Part shown: one piece after another, positions 40,432 to 48,271 of the stretch | Position numbering within the stretch: the first letter of the stretch is position 1 | How the letters are laid out: every line of letters begins with the position of its first letter | DNA from: Ferroplasmaceae archaeon UBA567 | GTDB taxonomy: Archaea > Thermoplasmatota > Thermoplasmata > Thermoplasmatales > Thermoplasmataceae | Reading direction: 5' to 3' | DNA: 48,271 nt | Assembly (NCBI GenBank): GCA_002505185.1 | Contig: DAUP01000074.1 | Coordinates: 1 to 48,271, forward strand | Translations under genes and position numbers: made by a program | Notes under the pieces: generated by a model | Told to the model about the DNA's origin: nothing | Database searches by the model: none | Seen by the model: the letters and a program-made list of their open reading frames with translations, nothing else

Positions 40432-40612
40432 TTTCTATCTATAGATAAGTGGTTATTGTTATTTTAACGTTCTTAGTATCATTTTCCCTTCTGACATTTC
40501 ATGTACTTCTCTACAGTATCTGGTGTTACCGACCGGACTGGCCATATGAATCAGGAATGTGCCACAGTGCTGAAATCTTTTAAAATATAAAAACTCATTT
40601 TGCAGCATGACA

Positions 40613-40642
40613 GACCACTTCCCTCAGGAAGGGTTAGTTGAC
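40613..40642 (+). mobile_element. Possible degenerate IS200/IS605-family right-end remnant
   Basis: GACCACTTCCCTCAGGAAGGGTTAGTTGAC is a short GC hairpin followed by TAGTTGAC, resembling tnpB-element right ends. No transposase nearby. Confidence 0.25.
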
Positions 40643-40647
40643 GTTCT

Positions 40648-41526
40648 TTATTCCGAATTCTGGACACGCTTAAGCAATTTCTCTACTGCCGGCAAAATAG
40701 TCGTATTGTTTTTGATCAATGGTTTAACAGAAGGATCAACAGCTCCCAGACTATCGTCGTATGGAATATAATCTATCGTAAATGGAATGCTCTGATCCAT
40801 TTCTTTCAGTAAATCTTTAATTGAGCTTTCATTGCTACCCACACGGTTGAAAACAAGATGAATTTTCTGTATTCCAAGATCCCAGGCGAGTTTTATCGCA
40901 CTGTCAGCTACCTGAACCGAATTGAATGAAACATCACTTACCACTATTGCATGGCCAAAACCCTTTGCAATAGCTCTTCCAAAGTGCTCAACTCCAGCCT
41001 CCGTATCCATCAGAATAACATCGTCATTTCTTAAGGAAATATGTCTAACAACTGAGTCAAGAAGATCGTTTTCCGGACATAAGCATCCTATTGCTGCCTT
41101 ATGTAAAGTACCCATGACCAGCAGGCTTATTCTCTCATCAACATCAATTCCGAATCTGTCTACAACATCACTTACATCGGGATTCAGGGATAAAAATTCT
41201 CCCCAACCAGATCCGGGTCTGGCACCAGTCTTCTCCTCTATGTAATCCACATGCCTGTTCAATGGAACTATCTCCCTGGCCAACTCCCTTTTCATGCCCA
41301 GGGCATAGGGCAGATTCATCTGGGGATCTGCGTCCACTGCAAGAACATGGGATTCCTTTGCAAAAAGGTAAGAAAGAATTGCAGTTATTGTAGTTTTGCC
41401 GGTACCTCCTTTTCCTGTTATCACAATCCTGTTTCCTGGGCGATTAATTGCAAATTCTTCAGTTCCTTCTACCAACTTTTTGACTATTTCGTCTCTTTTT
41501 ACTTCATTCGACAAGGTAAAATCCAT
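40648..41526 (-). CDS. cooC: CO dehydrogenase nickel-insertion ATPase
   Basis: GKGGTGKTT deviant Walker A, AVDADP, LLVMG, GCLCPEN (CxC Ni site) and DTEAGVEHFGR. GGTGA SD; 11 bp after cooS. Confidence 0.95.
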   Translation of the reverse strand: MDFTLSNEVKRDEIVKKLVEGTEEFAINRPGNRIVITGKGGTGKTTITAILSYLFAKESHVLAVDADPQMNLPYALGMKRELAREIVPLNRHVDYIEEKTGARPGSGWGEFLSLNPDVSDVVDRFGIDVDERISLLVMGTLHKAAIGCLCPENDLLDSVVRHISLRNDDVILMDTEAGVEHFGRAIAKGFGHAIVVSDVSFNSVQVADSAIKLAWDLGIQKIHLVFNRVGSNESSIKDLLKEMDQSIPFTIDYIPYDDSLGAVDPSVKPLIKNNTTILPAVEKLLKRVQNSE

Positions 41527-41537
41527 CTGAATTCACC

Positions 41538-43526
41538 TTAAGAAGATAGACCCAGTGCTATTCTCTTCTCCCGTATCATGTCAATCATCTTTTGGGCGGC
41601 CGCCTCCGGGTTGAGTTCTGAGAATGTTTCAGCACCGATGCTGCCCTTCAAGTTCTCGGAGAGTATCTGTTTTACCTGTTCTCCACCCTCGATGTGTAGC
41701 TCAGGAGCAGTATGCACTGGAAGTCCCATTGATAAAGCCCATGTTCCGATTGCCACTGCCTTCTCGGCAATAAGTTCAGGTGCGGATGCAATAACCGGAA
41801 GGGCAGAAACATCTACATTAAGCCTCTCTGACAGCAATTTTACAAGGACACCGATTCTGGAGTTGTCCACACATGATCCCATATGAATAGTAGGAGGCAA
41901 TGACTCCAGGCCTGCAAGTTTTCCAAGTGCCTTAAGTGTACCCTTCAAACCTTCACCAATATCAAATTCATCAACCCTGGCAGGATTCATAAAGCCTTCC
42001 TGTGCGGATATGTGTGCAATGCATCCTGTAACCAGTACCAGAACATTGTTTTTCAACAGTACATTTATAAGGCGCTCAGTGTAAAGTTCTTTTCTAAGTT
42101 TGGGATTCGGACACCCGACAATTCCTACCACACCGTATACGTCCCCACTGACAATGCTATCAATAAGAGGTTTCAGTGGGTCTTCCTTGTTTATCTTTCC
42201 CAGTAGTTCTACAATAGACTCTACAGAAAAACCACCAATCATCGGCTCTGTTTTCTTGGAAAGTAGAACACGGGACGGATCACGCTTCTCATATGCGAGA
42301 AGTGCCTGCTCAACAATTTGTTTTGCTACTTCATCTGCACGCTCAACAGAAAATTCAATGTGTAATGCACCCGGTATCTTCACGTATGGCATAGTAGTTA
42401 TCAGCTTTGTGTGATAGCACGAGGCAACCTCCCCAAGAACAGGCCATATGCACTGAAAGTCAACTACCATTGCATCAAGTGCTCCTGTGGCTATTGCCAG
42501 CTCAGCCTGCATCTCATTAGCGGCCAGTGGGACTCCATGCCTCATCAGCACTTCGTTTCCACTGCAACATACTCCGACAACATTAATCCCTTTAGCTCCC
42601 AGCTTCTTTGCCTCTTCGTTAAGATTAACGGCCCATTCAAGAACCTTCTCTGCCACAAGTGGATTATGTCCGTGAATGGCCAGATTAACATAATCCTCTT
42701 TCAGTACTCCAATATTTGCTGTGGAACTCACAGGTTTAGGTGTTCCGAAGAGAATATCAGAAATTTCAGAACTCATTGTCAACCCAGGATATCCATCGAT
42801 TATACCCATTTTAAGATCGTCAAGAAGAAGATTTGTCACATCAGCGTCATTACCCATACTGGTCCTGTGCATGGCGTTCATTATGGGTATCCAGGCATTT
42901 GTTGGTATTATACCCAGCTCAGTCCAGTGTTTATAGCTAGAAGAAGGGGCATAGGCCTTAACCCAATTCATTGGGGCATTGTCAACCTTATTGAAATCTC
43001 CGATTGATATGTCAGCTATTTCATTAGCAATTTCCATATCTGTTTTCCCATCTGACACTACCTGTAAATTCTTGGCCACTGACAATAATTTTTTTCTATC
43101 CTTGATTTCATAGCCCTTTATTTTTCCAGTGGCAACGAGCTTTAAAGTTTCAGCGATCTCGAATGCGTGTTCAGCGTGGGATGAGGCTCCTCCAACAGTT
43201 TCTCTAAGGAGATTCCTTGCAACTATTGTATCAGCAGTAGCACCACAAACTCCTCTTGTTGCCCCATTCTTGAATCTTACAGTGGGAATTCTGCATGGAC
43301 CCATGTAGCAGATCCTGCAGCAAACACCCCACTCTCCAAACCAGCAAGATGGCTGCTGCTTGGATAATCTTTCAAAGGATGACGTTCCCACATCATTCAT
43401 TATTTTATCAACAAGTTCCAGTGAGGGTTTAGTAGCAGGCGAAGATCCAAAATTACCCAGTTTTAGATCAATTTTCTCATTCTTAAGTGATTTAGTTTGT
43501 TCCATATGGGAATCATAATCTGGCAC
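41538..43526 (-). CDS. cooS: Anaerobic Ni-Fe carbon monoxide dehydrogenase catalytic subunit
   Basis: QPSCWFGEWGVCCRICYMGPC and GVCGA (D/B clusters); HGHNP, GVCCSGNE, VDFQC, VGCPNPK, TGC and GSCVDN (C-cluster ligands); HAEH and EKAVAIG catalytic residues. GTG start uncertain. Confidence 0.97.
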   Translation of the reverse strand: MPDYDSHMEQTKSLKNEKIDLKLGNFGSSPATKPSLELVDKIMNDVGTSSFERLSKQQPSCWFGEWGVCCRICYMGPCRIPTVRFKNGATRGVCGATADTIVARNLLRETVGGASSHAEHAFEIAETLKLVATGKIKGYEIKDRKKLLSVAKNLQVVSDGKTDMEIANEIADISIGDFNKVDNAPMNWVKAYAPSSSYKHWTELGIIPTNAWIPIMNAMHRTSMGNDADVTNLLLDDLKMGIIDGYPGLTMSSEISDILFGTPKPVSSTANIGVLKEDYVNLAIHGHNPLVAEKVLEWAVNLNEEAKKLGAKGINVVGVCCSGNEVLMRHGVPLAANEMQAELAIATGALDAMVVDFQCIWPVLGEVASCYHTKLITTMPYVKIPGALHIEFSVERADEVAKQIVEQALLAYEKRDPSRVLLSKKTEPMIGGFSVESIVELLGKINKEDPLKPLIDSIVSGDVYGVVGIVGCPNPKLRKELYTERLINVLLKNNVLVLVTGCIAHISAQEGFMNPARVDEFDIGEGLKGTLKALGKLAGLESLPPTIHMGSCVDNSRIGVLVKLLSERLNVDVSALPVIASAPELIAEKAVAIGTWALSMGLPVHTAPELHIEGGEQVKQILSENLKGSIGAETFSELNPEAAAQKMIDMIREKRIALGLSS

Positions 43527-43649
43527 TTTATATATTTTCTGAATGTGGTAAATATATTCATAATGGATACAATGGATTTAAATAGTATACAAAACTGAAT
43601 TTTTATGTGGTGTTATGAATTTTTCACGAATATTTGAGATAAAAAATGT

Positions 43650-44840
43650 TTAATCTGCCTCCGGTGAGGCTACGGTTGCCTGCCTGCCTTTTGACAGGAT
43701 AAGTGGAGAGAGCAGGAAGGAGACAAGCACAATAAGAAGAGCCGGGATTATTCCATAGATTGATCTGCTTATGCTTACAAATTCTGCACTGATAAGTACC
43801 GGTATAATAGCCACGCCCACATTGGTGGCCACACTGTACATCGATGTGGCAAAGCCTGCCCTTCCAGGGTCTTCCACATAATTTATTATGGAATTCAGTG
43901 CCAGGACCCAGAATGCATTACCAAAGAACCCGAATATGAAGAACGACCCCGTTATTAGAACTGCAAAACTCGTATATACCAGGGAATACAGTAATATAAT
44001 GGCAAAGACGAAGGATACCAGGGCAGTGAGCACTGTGCCTAACCTGATGAAATGATACCGCTCAAAAATGAATGGAAGTATCAGTGCCCCCAGTGCAGAG
44101 CCAAGGAATTCAACCCCGCCCATAAGCCCGGAAAGCTTTAAAAGGAAATTTCCTGTGAAATGGAATCCCAGTGCGGTAGCCGCAATATCGCCAAATAATA
44201 TAGATATGGATGCCATGGCCATTCCTATGTACCAATTCTTTATCATGCCTGGCTTGAATGATCCACGCAGCGATTTTCCCTTATATTTCTCCGGGTATTG
44301 CGGCAGGTAAATGAACAGCCATATGGATGCAAGTATTGTTAGTATAGCAGGCAATGCCATAATGCCAGTCAGGGAAAATGCCAGATATATATAGGGGCCT
44401 ATAAGGGCTCCTGAGGACATACCGAGAAACAGAAATCCGATGCTTAAACCTGTTATTGTTGCCGATTTTTTTGGGTCCATTGATTCAGCTATGCTTCCTA
44501 CCGGTGCAAGGGAGAATGGATAGGCACTTGCTGCAACTATGGAAAGCACAAGAAATTCTGAATAACCCGTTGCAAAAATACGTACAAGAAGCCCTGCTGT
44601 GGAGAATGCCATTGCAAGGTAAATCGATGATTTTACAGTAAATTTTGCCGATAGGACTCCAGCAAGAAGCCCTATTATTGCCATGGTATATCCATATACT
44701 GAAAGAATCAGTACTATCTCAGAAAGTGTGGCTGACAGATGCGCCATGAGTTCAGGTATGACAGGTGCCAGTATAAACCAGCCAAATCCTATAGTGAAAA
44801 CAAAGAACCAGTATGGTATGAGTTTCTTGACATTATCCAT
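43650..44840 (-). CDS. MFS transporter
   Basis: About 12 hydrophobic segments in a 6+6 arrangement over 396 aa. Substrate not inferable. Confidence 0.88.
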   Translation of the reverse strand: MDNVKKLIPYWFFVFTIGFGWFILAPVIPELMAHLSATLSEIVLILSVYGYTMAIIGLLAGVLSAKFTVKSSIYLAMAFSTAGLLVRIFATGYSEFLVLSIVAASAYPFSLAPVGSIAESMDPKKSATITGLSIGFLFLGMSSGALIGPYIYLAFSLTGIMALPAILTILASIWLFIYLPQYPEKYKGKSLRGSFKPGMIKNWYIGMAMASISILFGDIAATALGFHFTGNFLLKLSGLMGGVEFLGSALGALILPFIFERYHFIRLGTVLTALVSFVFAIILLYSLVYTSFAVLITGSFFIFGFFGNAFWVLALNSIINYVEDPGRAGFATSMYSVATNVGVAIIPVLISAEFVSISRSIYGIIPALLIVLVSFLLSPLILSKGRQATVASPEAD

Positions 44841-44942
44841 GACTGTTAATATCTATCAGGTAAATAAAATTTTATTCGTATTTTTGCGGACACAATTATA
44901 ACCACTTAGGAATATTTAATAATCAGGAATCTATAAAATACT

Positions 44943-46100
44943 ATGAATTTCTCATTCAGTGATGAACAGGAACTTTTAAGGAAAAATACTGCGAGATTTT
45001 TGGAAAAGAATTTAAAACCCTACGTCAGGGATATAGATGCAAAGGGAGAAATACCGGCCGAATTCTTCAGGAATGCAGGTGAAAACGGTATTATATCTCC
45101 TCTAATAAAGCAAAAATATGGAGGGCCCAGCCTGTCATTTATGGATTCCGTGATTATATCCGAGGAAATAGCTAAAGTGGATACCAGTATGGCAACATCT
45201 GTCTATTATCTGCTTAACACTTCATGGGCATATGTGCTCCAGAAATACGGTAAGCAGGAACTGAAAGATAAACTTCTACCTGAAATAGCCAGTGGAAACC
45301 AGTTTATAGGAATTGCATCAACAGAACCATCAGGTGGCAGTGATGTGGCCAATATTACAACCTCTGGAACAGTAAATAATGGGAAGGTCATTATTAACGG
45401 GGAAAAAATGTACATAAGTGGGGCACTGGAAGCAAAAAACAATGGAGGAGGCCATCTTACTCTTGTCAAAACGGACAAGGAAAAGGGGCACAGGGGCATA
45501 ACAATGGTATATGTACCTGCCAGTGCAAAGGGAATTGAAATTACAAAACTTGAGAATATGGGAAGGATGGGCATATCAACAGCAGGGATAAAGTATAACA
45601 ACGTTGAGGTGCCGGAGGAAAATATTATAGGAGAAATCAATGAGGGTTTTTACTATTCCATGGACGGCTTCAATCATGCCAGGATCATGGTGGCTGCGGC
45701 ATGCAACGGATTATCGGAAAAAATGCTTGAAGAGGGATTGGAATATATAAAGGAAAGAAAAGCTTTTGGAAAGCCACTCAGTGATTTTCAGGCTATTTCA
45801 TTCGAGGCAGCGGATTTAAAGACGGAAATAGAGATGGCTTCCCTGCTGAATTACAAGGCAGCATATCTTGCCGACGTTGATGATCCTGAATTCTATATAT
45901 ACAGTTCCATGTCAAAGCTGAAATCGCCACAGATTGCCATGGATACTGTAAAAAAAGTAATGATGTGGTTTGGTGCCTACGGCTATACAAAGGATTCTGG
46001 CATAGAAATGAGTGCAAGAGGAATCTTTTCCTATCTTGTTGGTGCTGAGGGTGCACTGAATATAATGAAAATGATAATAGCAAAGGCAATATTGAAGTAA
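44943..46100 (+). CDS. Acyl-CoA dehydrogenase
   Basis: STEPSGGSDVA, INGEKMYIS, ERKAFGKP...FQ, GAYGYT and AEGA motifs. Confidence 0.95.
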   Translation: MNFSFSDEQELLRKNTARFLEKNLKPYVRDIDAKGEIPAEFFRNAGENGIISPLIKQKYGGPSLSFMDSVIISEEIAKVDTSMATSVYYLLNTSWAYVLQKYGKQELKDKLLPEIASGNQFIGIASTEPSGGSDVANITTSGTVNNGKVIINGEKMYISGALEAKNNGGGHLTLVKTDKEKGHRGITMVYVPASAKGIEITKLENMGRMGISTAGIKYNNVEVPEENIIGEINEGFYYSMDGFNHARIMVAAACNGLSEKMLEEGLEYIKERKAFGKPLSDFQAISFEAADLKTEIEMASLLNYKAAYLADVDDPEFYIYSSMSKLKSPQIAMDTVKKVMMWFGAYGYTKDSGIEMSARGIFSYLVGAEGALNIMKMIIAKAILK

Positions 46101-46453
46101 CTACTCATGAATTAAACCTGTTGCATTATTAAATGTAGAAAACAACTGGCACACAAAAGCACCGTTAACATTCTTTATTTTTTCCGGTAAATTATAAAAA
46201 TATATGAGGGCAAATATTTTATGGATTCGCCAATGTTTTCCACGAAAAAGTATGGCACTGTATTTCCGTGGAATACCGGAGCTTTTCTGTCTCATGGGTG
46301 CAACCTTATATTTACAAAATTCATATTATATAAAACAAAATAATCGCTTTAATCGCTTTTGAATACAGGTTCTCCAAAAATAGTATTGTAATATTCGGAA
46401 GTCTTTGCCATGTCCTCAACAAAAAATGCAACGTCCTTTAATCCCTTAAACAT
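46101..46453 (-). pseudogene. VOC/glyoxalase-family pseudogene
   Basis: Reads MFKGLKDVAFFVEDMAKTSEYYNTIFGEPVFKSD*SDYFVLYNMNFVNIRLHP*DRKAPVFHGNTVPYFFVENIGESIKYL..., then after a frameshift ...NGAFVCQLFSTFNNATGLIHE*. VOC-fold pattern with two stops and one frameshift. Confidence 0.8.
46342..46359. repeat. 9-bp tandem duplication (AATCGCTTT x2)
   Basis: Exact direct repeat. On the minus strand it creates the first in-frame TAA of the VOC pseudogene. Confidence 0.9.
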
Positions 46454-46548
46454 AGTTTTCATTCCATTCTATAGTTCCATTTTATTTACATTTTATAAAA
46501 TTTTTGTTTGAACGATTATTATTATATCTGTATGTAATATATTAAACC

Positions 46549-47382
46549 ATGTTTGAAGAGAATTTTCTTAATGGTAAAAATATAATAGTTACCGGCGGCG
46601 GAACTGGCCTTGGAAAACAGATGACTGAAACTTTCCTGAAACTGGGAGCCACCGTATCCATAATAAGCAGAAATGAAGAACATCTCAATGCTGCCAAGGA
46701 ATATTTTAGGGAACTTGGATATAATATTGAAGCTGAGAAATGCGATATCAAGAATCCAGATGAGATAAAAAATGCAGTGGATGCAATAGAAAACAGAACT
46801 GGAAAAATAAATGTTTTAATTAATAATGCAGCAGGCAATTTTATTAGCAGAACAGAAGATCTGTCACCTAAAGCGTTTGATACGGTAATAGGAATAGTTC
46901 TCAATGGCACTGCCTACGCCTCCCTCGAAATGGGAAAGAGGTGGATTGCCAGTTCCATAAAAGGGACAATACTGAGCATAGTTGCAACATATGCACGTAC
47001 CGGGTCGGGGTATGTTGTTCCATCAGCCATATCCAAGGCTGGCGTTCTGGCTCTCACGAGATCACTGGCGGCAGAATGGGGTCATAGAGGTATAAGGACG
47101 GTGGCAATAGCTCCCGGGGCATTCAAAACTGAGGGGGCATGGTCAAGGCTTCTTCCCGGTGATGAATATGAAAAAGCCATAATTGCAGGTAATCCGGAGA
47201 GAAGGCTTGGCACAAAAGAAGAATTAGCAAACATAGCAGCATTCCTTATTTCTGATATGGCCTCATATATCAACGGGGAAGTTGTCACCGCAGATGGTGG
47301 GCAATCACTATATGGTTCTAGCATGTTCAATATGATGGAAAACCTGCCGGATGAAATATGGAAGATGATGCGCCAGAGATAA
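46549..47382 (+). CDS. SDR oxidoreductase, 2,4-dienoyl-CoA reductase type
   Basis: TGGGTGLG, INNAAGNFI, VIGIVLNGT, VVPSAISKAGV (no YxxxK), SLAAEWG and AIAPG motifs. Confidence 0.88.
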   Translation: MFEENFLNGKNIIVTGGGTGLGKQMTETFLKLGATVSIISRNEEHLNAAKEYFRELGYNIEAEKCDIKNPDEIKNAVDAIENRTGKINVLINNAAGNFISRTEDLSPKAFDTVIGIVLNGTAYASLEMGKRWIASSIKGTILSIVATYARTGSGYVVPSAISKAGVLALTRSLAAEWGHRGIRTVAIAPGAFKTEGAWSRLLPGDEYEKAIIAGNPERRLGTKEELANIAAFLISDMASYINGEVVTADGGQSLYGSSMFNMMENLPDEIWKMMRQR

Positions 47383-47780
47383 ATCCTGCATTGAAAAAAT
47401 ATTCCATGTCTATATCAACCCCTCAAGCTAATGCAATGATCTTGTTTCTGCCTTTTTCCTGAGGTAAAGCACTGCGATACTATTGGCTGATCTCCCCTTG
47501 CCAGTGGAATTATGCAATTCTTTATTCCTTTCGGGCAACACTCCAAAGCCTGATTTCAACCCATATTAACCCTATTGACCTTCAGGAGGGTACCTTGCCA
47601 TTTCAGGTATGGGTTTAATATGGAATTATACTTGATAGTTGCTGTTAAATATTTCTATAGTGTTTCATCCACTATCCTGCAGGAGTCTTTATTCCTATAA
47701 TTTTAAGATGAATAATTTCAGCATGTCGCAATACTTCAATATAAAGGAAGGTTTAAATAGTCTGATTGGGATAGATACGT

Positions 47781-48146
47781 ATGGCTTCTAATGCTAGGGT
47801 AAGGTATCTTATCACGACTTTCGGTTCTATTATTACTATACTTTCAGGAATTATAGTATTGCTGGTTCTCTTTATTTCCGGTGTTGCGGGTGCAGCACAG
47901 CTTGTTTTCTTCCATCCAGGTGGGCTGATAATTATAGGCGGTGCAATAGTTCTTGCTATTGTTCCAATAATATGGATAATACTTGCCTACATCATATATT
48001 CTATGGCACATGAAAACAGAAGAACGGATAAAGTTGTTAACGGTGTTGTAATTATAATACTGGGTTTCATAATACTTATGATGGGAGGAGGATTCGTCAT
48101 AGGCCCAGTTCTTGATATTATAGGCGGCTTTTTATTGATTTTATAA
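47781..48146 (+). CDS. Small integral membrane protein
   Basis: 121 aa with 3-4 hydrophobic segments and a GGGFVIG..L.IIGG C-terminal pattern. TTTAAA TATA-like element ~25 nt upstream. Confidence 0.8.
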   Translation: MASNARVRYLITTFGSIITILSGIIVLLVLFISGVAGAAQLVFFHPGGLIIIGGAIVLAIVPIIWIILAYIIYSMAHENRRTDKVVNGVVIIILGFIILMMGGGFVIGPVLDIIGGFLLIL

Positions 48147-48271
48147 ATTTCTAATCCGCCGGTATAATAATGCCGGAAAAATATTCTCTGGTGTGTATTT
48201 ATTTCCGGAAATGCCTTAAATATGCTTAAATAGTGATAATTATTAGCAGGGTAATGGATAGCATATTTAAA

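Noticed and set aside
46101-46295. 64-aa minus-strand ORF treated as an independent gene
   Set aside because: Only its 3' part is meaningful; it is the frameshifted tail of the VOC pseudogene.
732-47330. Dozens of short ORFs antisense to, or in alternate frames within, recognised genes (e.g. 3988-4518, 25003-25455, 42411-43007, 45206-45640)
   Set aside because: Shadow ORFs of well-supported genes, with no motifs and atypical composition.
5222-47674. 13-mer GTTTCATCCACTA shared by two spacers (5222 and 47662), and a loose CAGGRTARTGG motif at ~1768, ~47670 and ~48247
   Set aside because: Matches of this length are expected by chance in 48 kb of AT-rich DNA, and there is no extended similarity.
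47390-47740. Possible decayed PLP-enzyme fragment on the minus strand (...PLLKV..., ELHNSTG...)
   Set aside because: The similarity is fragmentary and spread across frames. It needs a TBLASTN/HMM test.

Overview
AT-rich archaeal chromosomal DNA. The translation genes and their order point to Thermoplasmatales, probably Ferroplasma-like (inference). Most of the window is housekeeping: rpl11-rpl1-rplP0-rpl12, alaS, ileS, tuf-rps10-fusA, rpoL-trmG10, rpl44e-rps27e-eIF2alpha-nop10-PAC2, dph2, an MtaB-type methylthiotransferase, and hsp20 with a Phr/HSR1-type regulator behind a perfect operator palindrome. From about 36 kb on it looks accessory: an orphan ORF, fixC-fixX, a stand-alone protein built from two tandem Cas4-like domains, a PRTase, an intact anaerobic Ni-Fe CO dehydrogenase pair (cooS-cooC), an MFS transporter, an acyl-CoA dehydrogenase and a dienoyl-CoA reductase. 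Features not shown by the ORF track: nop10; a candidate ~110-nt non-coding RNA upstream of the threonine synthase gene; two adjacent apparent pseudo-enzymes (an IDH homolog with Asp at the Ser113-equivalent site and a site-2 protease homolog lacking HExxH); and several decayed genes (a small wHTH gene with three frameshifts, a VOC/glyoxalase gene broken by a 9-bp duplication, a possible OsmC relic). I found no rRNA, tRNA, CRISPR array or intact transposase. All calls rest on motif recognition by eye; no searches were run.
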